DNA of 22,725 nt. Source: Patescibacteria group bacterium (lineage in GTDB: Bacteria; Patescibacteriota; Minisyncoccia; UBA6257; HR35). The stretch covers positions 1 through 22,725 of the forward strand of contig JAMCWY010000020.1 of NCBI GenBank assembly GCA_023480925.1, written 5' to 3'. Shown here in pieces: positions 1-6,401 of this stretch (position 1 is the first letter of the stretch; every line of letters starts with the position of its first letter). A program made the translations under genes and the position numbers. The notes beneath the pieces were generated by a model. It did not search any database. It was not told where the DNA came from and saw only the letters and a list, made by a program, of their open reading frames with translations.

Positions 1-108
1 GTAGACGCGAAAAAAATCCTGAGCGCGCTTAAAACAAAATACCTTTTGACCTCGAACTTTTGGACCGCCTCAAAACCGATTGGGATCTTGATCGAATCAA
101 CCGGCTAC
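1..108. repeat. Inverted repeat copy: reverse complement of 2558..2665 (107/108 identical). It probably continues left of the window.
   Basis: Base-by-base comparison of nt 1..108 with the reverse complement of 2558..2665 gives a single mismatch, at nt 100 (paired with nt 2566). Similarity ends abruptly after nt 108. Confidence 0.9.
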
Positions 109-177
109 GGTACACTTGTAATAATCGTTGCCCGCATTATTATACAGCGCCACACGGATTTTCCAGCAAATGGATGA
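1..177 (+). pseudogene. Second copy of the 3' part of a NodS-like SAM-dependent methyltransferase gene (5' end outside the window), with its C-terminus replaced after nt 108
   Basis: Frame 1 reads VDAKKILSALKTKYLLTSNFWTASKPIGILIESTGY, matching the intact 214-aa protein at 2468..3112(-) with one A->T change. After nt 108 the frame runs 23 unrelated codons to TGA at 175..177. The last 29 codons of the intact copy are therefore missing. Confidence 0.55.
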
Positions 178-368
178 AACCAATATTTGCAAAAGAAGTA
201 ATGATGGCTCTGAGAGAAGATAACGCTAAAATATCTTTACTTATTGGCGGAGAACCAACTCTTTATCCCGATTTATCGGAGATCGTATCGTTCGGTTCAC
301 AAATTAATCTAAAGATGGTCATTATTAATAATGGTCGTCGTTTTAAAAATAGACGATTTATCGAATAG
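109..368 (+). pseudogene. Decayed radical SAM enzyme fragment: 5'-truncated, third cluster Cys replaced by Tyr, premature end
   Basis: Frame 3 reads RYTCNNRCPHYYT...AKISLLIGGEPTLYPDLSEIVSFGSQINLKMVIINNGRRF. This is a CX3CX2(Y) remnant of the CX3CX2C motif, then the GGEP motif and an (T)NG-like strand. The frame stops at 366..368, about 86 codons in, where real family members continue for 200+ aa. The first 16 residues of track ORF 60..368 (TTG start) are an alternate frame of the duplicated methyltransferase segment, not part of this protein. Confidence 0.6.
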
Positions 369-509
369 ATATTTGAGACGGGATTAAGTCTATGAGAGGG
401 CAAAAGTCCTTGCTACGTTTCACTTGCGAGGACGAGCGCACACTAGATTTCAAATCAGATAGTAATTAAGAAATCTAGCTAATCTAAAAAAGAAAGGAGA
501 TGAACACAA

Positions 510-719
510 ATGTCGAAGGAGAGATTCCAAGTTACTAAGGATGATTCCTTGATTAATATTCTGATACCGCCCTACACAAGATCAGTCAAGATCAAAGACA
601 CCAAAACGGGAAATGAGGTACGAGAGAATGGGCCGACGTACGAGTCGGCTGAACAAAGAGCTTGGGACAAATTAGAAAAGATTCAAGGCCCTACGCCTTC
701 AAAGCTTGGCAAAAAATAG
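510..719 (+). CDS. Hypothetical small protein (69 aa)
   Basis: ATG ORF with AAGGAG at 494..499, 10 nt upstream. Strong hairpin terminator immediately downstream. No recognisable motif. Confidence 0.5.
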   Translation: MSKERFQVTKDDSLINILIPPYTRSVKIKDTKTGNEVRENGPTYESAEQRAWDKLEKIQGPTPSKLGKK

Positions 720-845
720 TTAGCTGATTTCGAAAGCTAAAATCCCGTTCTAATTTAAGAGCGGGATTTTTTTGTACAAGAACGCCGAGTTTACTTTCTT
801 GACCAATTCAAAGGTTTTAAGAGGAAACGCGTAACTAATAATAAC
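693..845. repeat. Direct repeat copy A (partner 1902..2054). It carries the last codons of ORF 510..719, a bidirectional terminator and the 3' end of gene 750..1268(-).
   Basis: 693..801 is identical to 1902..2010 (109/109). The next 30-45 nt still align but with many substitutions. Confidence 0.9.
739..773. terminator. Bidirectional rho-independent terminator between convergent genes
   Basis: The sequence aaaatcccgttct / aattta / agagcgggatttt gives a 13-bp stem with one G.U pair. It is flanked by an A-run upstream and a 7-T run downstream. It overlaps the stop of the minus-strand gene. Confidence 0.7.
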
Positions 846-1268
846 AGCGTCATTTTTTAAATCTTGTTGAAGTTTTAGTTCAAGAGATTTATTTGACCCT
901 TGATAATGAAAAAAATAAACAACATCAAACTTATTTAAATTCATTTTCCAGAAACTTCCCCAGAATATTTTGGCATTCTTGATTTTTAACTTTTTAATTT
1001 TTATTTTGCTTAATATTACTAAAAATGGATTAATTTCAATCCCATAACTCTCAAAATTATTCTTGGCGAATTCAATTACTGCTCGGCCGTCGCCAGAACC
1101 GAGATCAATAAACTTTTTACCTCCGCCATCGCCAAAATAATCGAGTATTTTCTCTAAATCTTTCTGTTGTGTCGGCATAAACGGCGCGCCTTTAAAAAAA
1201 ATGAGCGGAACAGAAAAAGTTAAAAAAAATAAACTGATTACAAAAAACCAAAATATTTCTAACATCAA
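750..1268 (-). CDS. Membrane-anchored class I SAM-dependent methyltransferase (FAM173/ATPSCKMT-like lysine methyltransferase architecture)
   Basis: N-terminal TM helix, then GAPFMPT and the SAM motif I FIDLGSGDGRAVIEF. A TM segment followed by APFVP and DLGSGDGR is the layout I recall for that family. Confidence 0.6.
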   Translation of the reverse strand: MMLEIFWFFVISLFFLTFSVPLIFFKGAPFMPTQQKDLEKILDYFGDGGGKKFIDLGSGDGRAVIEFAKNNFESYGIEINPFLVILSKIKIKKLKIKNAKIFWGSFWKMNLNKFDVVYFFHYQGSNKSLELKLQQDLKNDAVIISYAFPLKTFELVKKVNSAFLYKKIPLLN

Positions 1269-1357
1269 TTATTTTGTTTTAACTATTTCTATCTATTTTA
1301 ATTTATAAACGACACCGGCTTACATGCATGATTCGCGATAAAGAGTAGTTTTTAACG

Positions 1358-1392
1358 ACCGGCTTTAGTTTTGGCTGAAGCCGGTATTTTTT
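1358..1392 (+). terminator. Orphan rho-independent terminator with no intact upstream plus-strand gene
   Basis: The sequence accggctttag / ttttgg / ctgaagccggt gives an 11-bp stem with one G.U pair, followed by aTTTTTT. The minus-strand reading has no T-run. Confidence 0.5.
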
Positions 1393-1458
1393 AATCTAAA
1401 AAACTTTGATGAAATTTAAAAATATATTTAAAATTATCGTGGTTCTTCTCGGAAATGA

Positions 1459-1830
1459 TTTGGTCGCGCCGCCGCTCATGGAATTATGCATCTGAGTAAA
1501 GTTTTAAGCGATCGGCGAATCAGTTCACTTTCTTCCGGCTAGAAAAGCAAAATTTTCATGATTGGTGTTCTACTTTCCGATCCCGATATTTTGCTTTTGG
1601 ACGAGCCGACTAATAATTTAGATTCCCCGGTTCTTATTTGGCTCGGAAATTTCCTCGCGCGTTCCAGGGCCGCTTGTATTGTTGTTTCATACGATCGCTA
1701 CTTTGTTGAGAAGTTTCGCGCTACCGATACTTATGTTTTTTCCGAAAGAAAGTTTGTCCGGCAGCAAAGTTTCGAGGCGTACGCGGCAAAGGCCGAACGA
1801 GAAGCTAAACGTTTGATCAATATATTTTAA
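1459..1830 (+). pseudogene. ABC-F type ATPase fragment, with an in-frame stop inside the ABC signature motif and a degenerate H-loop
   Basis: The frame reads ...SLSSG*KSKIFMIGVLLSDPDILLLDEPTNNLD...IVVSYDRYF.... This is an LSGG-like signature interrupted by TAG at 1540..1542, an intact Walker B (LLLDEPT), and SHDRYF altered to SYDRYF. Walker A and the N-terminal domain are absent, with TGA at 1456..1458 upstream. Confidence 0.65.
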
Positions 1831-1901
1831 AGCGAGGCTTAGGGGCGGAAAGGTTGGAAATCGGCTCGGACCAAATTAAAAAAGATTCGATTTTTTTTCA
1901 C

Positions 1902-2054
1902 ACGCCTTCAAAGCTTGGCAAAAAATAGTTAGCTGATTTCGAAAGCTAAAATCCCGTTCTAATTTAAGAGCGGGATTTTTTTGTACAAGAACGCCGAGTT
2001 TACTTTCTTGGCCCATTCAAAAGTCTCAAGAGAAAACGCGCGATCGGCAATGAT
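1902..2054. repeat. Direct repeat copy B (partner 693..845), including a second copy of the bidirectional terminator at 1948..1982
   Basis: 1902..2010 is identical to 693..801. 2011..2054 is a diverged alignment. Confidence 0.9.
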
Positions 2055-2060
2055 AAGTTG
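1959..2060 (-). pseudogene. Remnant 3' end of a paralogue of methyltransferase 750..1268(-)
   Basis: The minus strand reads ...QLIIADRAFSLETFEWAKKVNSAFLYKKIPLLN*, compared with ...AVIISYAFPLKTFELVKKVNSAFLYKKIPLLN* in the intact gene. There is no start codon, and an upstream in-frame TAA lies about 15 codons further 5'. Confidence 0.5.
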
Positions 2061-2147
2061 TTTTATCGGTAGATTTTTTTGAGAAACAAAACATGCTATC
2101 GAAAGTTAAACTAGAAATTAGTTTAGAACAAGTTATTTTTGAGAGGT

Positions 2148-2175
2148 TTGCTTTGATAAAAATAAGAACTATAAT
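2148..2175 (+). promoter_or_regulatory. Putative sigma70-type promoter for ORF 2221..2424
   Basis: TTGCTT (2148..2153), a 16-nt spacer, then TATAAT (2170..2175). Confidence 0.35.
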
Positions 2176-2220
2176 ATTAGTAGCAGTTTCTCTAATGTCA
2201 ATATTTAAAGGAGAGAGACG

Positions 2221-2424
2221 ATGTTAATGGGGTTGAATCGGACGGCCATCAGGGTTATTCGTTCTGGCGGCAAGGTCGATGAGGTCAAAGGCATATTTTA
2301 TTTTGATTTCACAGAAAATAAAGTCATCGAAATGGATCAGAATGGTGAGGTCGTGGAAGAGTTCGATCCGTTCGATGTGGTCGAGCTGGATATAGAGTTT
2401 TTGTGTATCGTTTCAAAGAGGTGA
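2221..2424 (+). CDS. Small hypothetical protein (67 aa), paralogue of 3262..3450
   Basis: AAGGAG at 2208..2213, 7 nt before the ATG, and a terminator overlapping the stop. It aligns with the 62-aa ORF: ...G.F..D...N.V...D.NG..V.E.D...V...D..FL. Confidence 0.6.
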   Translation: MLMGLNRTAIRVIRSGGKVDEVKGIFYFDFTENKVIEMDQNGEVVEEFDPFDVVELDIEFLCIVSKR

Positions 2425-2450
2425 TCAAAGTGATCGCCTCTTTTTTGTTT
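2416..2450 (+). terminator. Rho-independent terminator
   Basis: The sequence gaggtgatc / aaagt / gatcgcctc gives a 9-bp stem with one G.U pair, followed by TTTTTTgtttt. Confidence 0.65.
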
Positions 2451-2467
2451 TGTTTCAAGTTTATTTT

Positions 2468-3112
2468 TTAGTTTGATATTTTTTGCCAAAGGGAAATCTT
2501 TGAAATTTTTAGTTGAAAAGTTTCGAAACCAAAAACGCGTTCGGTCTTGATTAACTTGTAGCCGGCTGATTCGATCAAGATCCCAATCGGTTTTGAGGCG
2601 GTCCAAAAGTTCGAGGTCAAAAGGTATTTTGTTTTAAGCGCGCTCAGGATTTTTTTCGCGTCTACTTTGGTTAGATAGTATAAAATCTCGGTCGCGAGAG
2701 TTAAATCAAATTCATTTTGCGAAAAAAAATTACCGAGAGAGTTGGCATCGGCGTTAATAAAACAAACCCCGGGCGCTTTTTGGTACGCTTTTGCGATCGC
2801 GGTCGGACTAATTTCAACCGCGGTAACGTTTGGACAAAAAGAAGCAAGTTTTTTGGTTAGGTCGCCTTCAGCGCAGCCGATTTCAAGAAGATTTTTCGGT
2901 CTAATCATTTTGGCCACTTCAACAACGCGATTGAAACGATTTTTTTCCCAAGCCGAATTTTGAAAGTTCCACGGATCGGTTTGGCGTTGGAAAAGTTTTT
3001 CAAACTGTTCGCTTCGGCTTTTGAATTTTTTCGGCGCGTAACGAAAACAAATAAAAAGTTTTTTAATTGAATTCATCTGTCTGATTATAATTGAACTGGC
3101 CGTCTTAGCCAA
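2468..3112 (-). CDS. NodS-like class I SAM-dependent methyltransferase
   Basis: Contains the DPWNFQNSAWEKNRF N-terminal motif typical of NodS-family enzymes and SAM motif I LLEIGCAEGDLTKKL. The track start at 3112 is TTG. ATG at 3076 (MNSIKKLF...) is an equally plausible start. Confidence 0.7.
   Translation of the reverse strand: MAKTASSIIIRQMNSIKKLFICFRYAPKKFKSRSEQFEKLFQRQTDPWNFQNSAWEKNRFNRVVEVAKMIRPKNLLEIGCAEGDLTKKLASFCPNVTAVEISPTAIAKAYQKAPGVCFINADANSLGNFFSQNEFDLTLATEILYYLTKVDAKKILSALKTKYLLTSNFWTASKPIGILIESAGYKLIKTERVFGFETFQLKISKISLWQKISN
2558..2665. repeat. Inverted repeat partner of 1..108, lying inside the methyltransferase CDS
   Basis: See feature 1..108. Confidence 0.9.
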
Positions 3113-3261
3113 AGATCGAAACCGCGGTGGTCGCGTTTAATCGCGTCGAGAAAGCGGGGCGGTGAGCGTCATCGCGAAAACGCGGTCAGCCGAATTTTTC
3201 TTCAGCGTCAATTTATTTTTTCTGTTATAATTAGAATTAGTTCTAAATAGAAAGGGCAAAA

Positions 3262-3450
3262 ATGATATTGAGTTTGGGCGAGAAAAGAGTCATAATTAAA
3301 GATGGCTCTGGTCGGATGGTCGTGAGCGGCCACTTTTGTTTGGATTTGAAAAAAAACGTGATTTTCACGGTTGACGAAAATGGCAAAGCTGTGGTTGAGT
3401 ACGACGCCGACAATGTCATTGATTTCGACCAACTTTTCTTGCATCGCTAA
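3262..3450 (+). CDS. Small hypothetical protein (62 aa), paralogue of 2221..2424
   Basis: Similar to the 67-aa ORF across its whole length, with a strong terminator just downstream. I preferred it over the antisense ORF 3208..3444 for these reasons. The RBS is weak (AAAGGG). Confidence 0.55.
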   Translation: MILSLGEKRVIIKDGSGRMVVSGHFCLDLKKNVIFTVDENGKAVVEYDADNVIDFDQLFLHR

Positions 3451-3454
3451 AAAG

Positions 3455-3493
3455 AAGGGGATTGGGCTTGGCCTGATCCCCTTTATGTTTTTT
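3455..3493 (+). terminator. Rho-independent terminator
   Basis: The arms aggggat...atcccct form an outer stem with an inner GGC/GCC extension, followed by ttatgTTTTTT. Confidence 0.6.
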
Positions 3494-3614
3494 GGCTTTA
3501 ATTAATTTTAGAATTTAAGTTAAAATATTAAATCGGGTTATTAAGTTTGTTGAAAATATAAATAAAAAGTCGGTGAAATTTAAACAATTTTAAATAAATT
3601 AAATAAAAATTAAA

Positions 3615-4364
3615 ATGAACGACAAATCAAAAACCTTAACGATCGCGGCGGCGATTGTTTTGGCCGGTTTAATTATCGCTTCTGCTGTTATCTTTTCATC
3701 GGGTAAGGGTATTGGTATTTTTAACATTCCTCAAGCGGCTCAGCCAAGTCAAGGTAATAACGCGGCGAATAATAACCAGAGGTCGGTTCAATCAAATATC
3801 GATATTAGAAATGTTAAGATCGCCGGCGAGCCGTTCATCGGCAATCAGAACGCGCCAGTGACAATGGCTTACTGGTTTGACTACCAGTGTCCTTTTTGCG
3901 ATCGGTTTGAAACTCAAGTTTTGCCGACCTTGATTAAAAATTATGTTGAGACGGGTAAGCTTAAAATTGTTTTCAAAGACTTCCAGTTTTTGGGCGCCGA
4001 CTCGAACACGGCTGGTTTAATTGGCCGGGCGATTTGGCAGGCTGATCCGAAGGCTTATTTTGCTTGGCGGGAAAAGATGTATGAAAGTCAAGGTTCGGAA
4101 AATTCGGATTGGGCGAGCCAAAGCAATATTTTTAAATTGATTGAAAATATTCCGGGTTTAAATTTGAATCGGATCAAAGCGGATTTAAACCAGAACCAAT
4201 CAACTTATCAGGCTGAATTAGATCAAGATAAAACCGAAGCCGGAAGTTTTGGCATTCAAGGCACACCCGGTTTCATTATCGGCCGTCAAGAAATCATTGG
4301 CGCTCAGCCATTGGCTGTTTTTGAAAAGGCGATTAATAATGTTTTAAGTCAGAATCAAAAATAA
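3615..4364 (+). CDS. DsbA-family thiol:disulfide oxidoreductase, membrane anchored
   Basis: N-terminal TM helix, the CPFC active site in WFDYQCPFCDRFE, and the C-terminal GTPGFIIG (cis-Pro loop region) typical of DsbA/Thioredoxin_4 proteins. Confidence 0.8.
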   Translation: MNDKSKTLTIAAAIVLAGLIIASAVIFSSGKGIGIFNIPQAAQPSQGNNAANNNQRSVQSNIDIRNVKIAGEPFIGNQNAPVTMAYWFDYQCPFCDRFETQVLPTLIKNYVETGKLKIVFKDFQFLGADSNTAGLIGRAIWQADPKAYFAWREKMYESQGSENSDWASQSNIFKLIENIPGLNLNRIKADLNQNQSTYQAELDQDKTEAGSFGIQGTPGFIIGRQEIIGAQPLAVFEKAINNVLSQNQK

Positions 4365-4369
4365 TCGCG

Positions 4370-4702
4370 ATGCCAGAAAATTTTAATCAAGAATCGTTTA
4401 ATCAGGCCGGTCAAGAAAAAAAAATCGAAATCGAAACAGAAGACGATAAAAAAAACAACAATAAGGAAAAAATCGAAATTATCAAAGAAGATCTTGAAAA
4501 GGGGACAAGAGTAATTCGTTTTCGAGCGACGCCGGTTGGCGAAGATAAGGTTTATTTAATGGAGGGAGAGTACCAAAGGATTAAGAGTGATCATAATGAC
4601 ACTAAGATAGAGTCTTGGCAGTTGATTCATGGCTCGTTAAAGAAAATTGGTTTGGCCGATCAAAAAGAAGATCAAAAAGAAATAAGGGGAGAGGCGATTT
4701 AA
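4370..4702 (+). CDS. Hypothetical charged (Lys/Glu-rich) protein
   Basis: ORF starts 6 nt after the DsbA-like stop. No recognisable motif. Confidence 0.4.
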   Translation: MPENFNQESFNQAGQEKKIEIETEDDKKNNNKEKIEIIKEDLEKGTRVIRFRATPVGEDKVYLMEGEYQRIKSDHNDTKIESWQLIHGSLKKIGLADQKEDQKEIRGEAI

Positions 4703-4892
4703 AATAAATTTTCGTTTTTTAGTTTCAGAATTTTTATTCTAAAAAATTAATTTTTTAGTTTTTAGAAATTGTTTTTTATTCCTAAAATTAAAAGAAGAGT
4801 AAAAACTTGTGTATTTTGCTTGATTATTAATACTAATCTTTTAAAAGGTTAGTATTTTTAAAGGGTCTTTCAAAAGTTTTATAATCTTTTTC

Positions 4893-4920
4893 TTGACAAA
4901 TAAATTTTTTTTGCTATAAT
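4893..4920 (+). promoter_or_regulatory. Consensus sigma70-type promoter for the 3D-domain gene
   Basis: TTGACA (4893..4898), a 16-nt spacer, then TATAAT (4915..4920). AGGAGGTGA lies just before the TTG start at 4952. Confidence 0.6.
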
Positions 4921-4951
4921 CAAATTAGAACCACAGAAAGGAGGTGAAACT

Positions 4952-5473
4952 TTGAGAAAAAGTTTCTTAACTAAAGGTAGCATCGTCTTGGTTTTGTTGG
5001 TTTCTATTCTTTGGAGCTTTAGTCAAACAAAAATGTTTGGCGCGCGGCCGGAGAAAAAAGAAGCCAATCAAAACAAACGAAAATCTATTAGTTCTTTGTC
5101 CTGGTCCATCAGCAAAGATCGGACCGGAGGCAGAATCAAAAGAGTCAGCTCTAGCCGACTCCAAAAAACTAATAATTTTTCGTTTAGAAAGGGTGAAAGT
5201 TTAGTCGTTACAGCGACGGCTTATTCGCCCGAAGATGACGGCGGTCAACGAACCGCTCTTGGGATTAAACCAAAATCCGGGGTAACGATCGCGGTTGATC
5301 CGCGATTGATTCCACTTGGATCAAAAGTTTTTATCCAAGGGTTTGGTTGGCGTTTGGCCCAAGACACGGGTGGAGCGATCAAGGGTCGGCGAATTGACAT
5401 CTTTATGTCAAGTCGCCGTTTGGCCGATACTTTTGGCCGTCGGCGCCTAAAAATATTTTTTATCAAGGCGTAA
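4952..5473 (+). CDS. 3D domain-containing (MltA/RlpA-like fold) cell-wall protein with an N-terminal signal/anchor
   Basis: C-terminal TATAYSPEDDGG...GVTIAVDPRLIPLGSKVFIQGFG...AQDTGGAIKGRRIDIF is the classic 3D-domain pattern. It has a strong RBS and a TTG start. Confidence 0.75.
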   Translation: MRKSFLTKGSIVLVLLVSILWSFSQTKMFGARPEKKEANQNKRKSISSLSWSISKDRTGGRIKRVSSSRLQKTNNFSFRKGESLVVTATAYSPEDDGGQRTALGIKPKSGVTIAVDPRLIPLGSKVFIQGFGWRLAQDTGGAIKGRRIDIFMSSRRLADTFGRRRLKIFFIKA

Positions 5474-5478
5474 AAATA

Positions 5479-5515
5479 GCCCCGGCGCGGTTGTGGTCGG
5501 GGTTTTCTTTTTTTT
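5479..5515 (+). terminator. Rho-independent terminator
   Basis: A gccccg...cggggt stem followed by TTTTcTTTTTTTT. Confidence 0.55.
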
Positions 5516-5537
5516 GTGTAATATAATTATAATATTA

Positions 5538-5622
5538 CCAGAGGTGTCGGAGCGGACAATCGAGCTTGGCTGTAAACCAAGTGGGCTTTGCCCCTACGCA
5601 GGTTCGAATCCTGCCCTCTGGA
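5538..5622 (+). tRNA. tRNA-Tyr (GTA), bacterial type II with a long variable arm; CCA not encoded
   Basis: Hand fold of the cloverleaf:
- Acceptor stem: CCAGAGG/CCTCTGG.
- D stem: TCGG/TCGA.
- Anticodon stem: CTTGG/CCAAG, with loop CT-GTA-AA.
- Variable arm: about 16 nt.
- T arm: GCAGG-TTCGAAT-CCTGC.
- Discriminator base: A. Confidence 0.9.
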
Positions 5623-5674
5623 CAGAAAAATTATCACAAATAAATTTTTGTCGAATTAAATTAAAAAAATTTTA

Positions 5675-6292
5675 ATGGGCAATTTGTTTTTTATTTTTTT
5701 GATTATTCTAACTTGGATCTTTTTTGGTTTGCATTACCTTAGCGCCGGCGTTAGTTTGATTTTGACTTTGGTTTTGCTTCTGGCGATGTTGGTCTATATT
5801 TACAATTATCTTGTTCAGTTAAAACAGGAGGTTGACGAGGCTTGGTCAGACATCGGCGTTCAACTTAAACGTCGGTCGGATTTGATTCCAAATATTATCG
5901 AGACGGTCAAGGGTTACGCCGCCCACGAAAAACAGGTTTTTGAAGACGTCACGGCCGCGCGGACAAAGTTTTTGAGCGCTCAGACGCCCAAGGAACAAAT
6001 GGACGCCGATAATCAGTTTAGCCAAACATTAAAGTCGCTTTTCGCCGTGGCTGAAAATTATCCCGACCTAAAAGCGAACCAAAATTTTCTTGAGCTTCAG
6101 GCTGAGTTACGCGACGCTGAAGACAAGATTCAAGCGGCGCGAAGATTTTATAACTCGGTTGTTCGCGACTACAACACCGCTTTTAAAGTTTTTCCCAATA
6201 ATCTTTTCGTCCAAACTTTAAAATTTAAGCCGTACGACTTTTTTGAGATTAACGACCAGGCCGATACCCAGGTACCAAAAGTTCAATTTTAA
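5675..6292 (+). CDS. lemA: LemA family membrane protein
   Basis: TM helices, then EVDEAWSDIGVQLKRRSDLIPNIIETVKGYAAHEKQVFEDVTAAR, the conserved LemA core. Confidence 0.85.
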   Translation: MGNLFFIFLIILTWIFFGLHYLSAGVSLILTLVLLLAMLVYIYNYLVQLKQEVDEAWSDIGVQLKRRSDLIPNIIETVKGYAAHEKQVFEDVTAARTKFLSAQTPKEQMDADNQFSQTLKSLFAVAENYPDLKANQNFLELQAELRDAEDKIQAARRFYNSVVRDYNTAFKVFPNNLFVQTLKFKPYDFFEINDQADTQVPKVQF

Positions 6293-6401
6293 TTTAACTT
6301 TAAAACTTAAAATAAATAAAAAAAATAAAACTAAATTGAAGATAAAAATAAACAATAAGGGTGAAAACAAAACTCAAAATTAAAATTAAAAATTAAAACA
6401 A

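Noticed and set aside
60-113. N-terminal 18 codons of track ORF 60..368 (MDRLKTDWDLDRINRL...)
   Set aside because: These codons lie in the duplicated methyltransferase segment but in the wrong frame. The same string heads the spurious ORF 2337..2606(-). They are an artefact of the repeat, not a real N-terminus.
392-469. 25-aa ORF (MRGQKSLLRFTCEDERTLDFKSDSN) just downstream of the rSAM remnant, considered as a relic precursor peptide
   Set aside because: It has no Shine-Dalgarno and only a single Cys, and nothing supports its conservation. The relatively GC-rich stretch may be a coding relic, but that cannot be supported from sequence alone. The nearby inverted repeat CTAGATTT...AAATCTAG (about 444..479) is likewise noted only.
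2337-2606. 89-aa minus-strand ORF
   Set aside because: It overlaps the 3' end of the NodS-like methyltransferase in another frame and runs antisense across ORF 2221..2424 and its terminator. It has no motif support.
3208-3444. 78-aa minus-strand ORF antisense to 3262..3450
   Set aside because: The plus-strand ORF has a paralogue at 2221..2424 and a downstream terminator. The minus-strand ORF has neither.
4967-5466. Minus-strand ORFs 4967..5164 and 5245..5466, plus other antisense ORFs (14674..14916, 16033..16248, 17817..18062, 18138..18398, 11355..11564, 2742..2963)
   Set aside because: Each lies wholly inside, and antisense or out of frame to, a CDS with clear family motifs.
5493-5675. 60-aa ORF overlapping tRNA-Tyr
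   Set aside because: The region folds into a canonical tRNA cloverleaf, so the ORF is a by-product.
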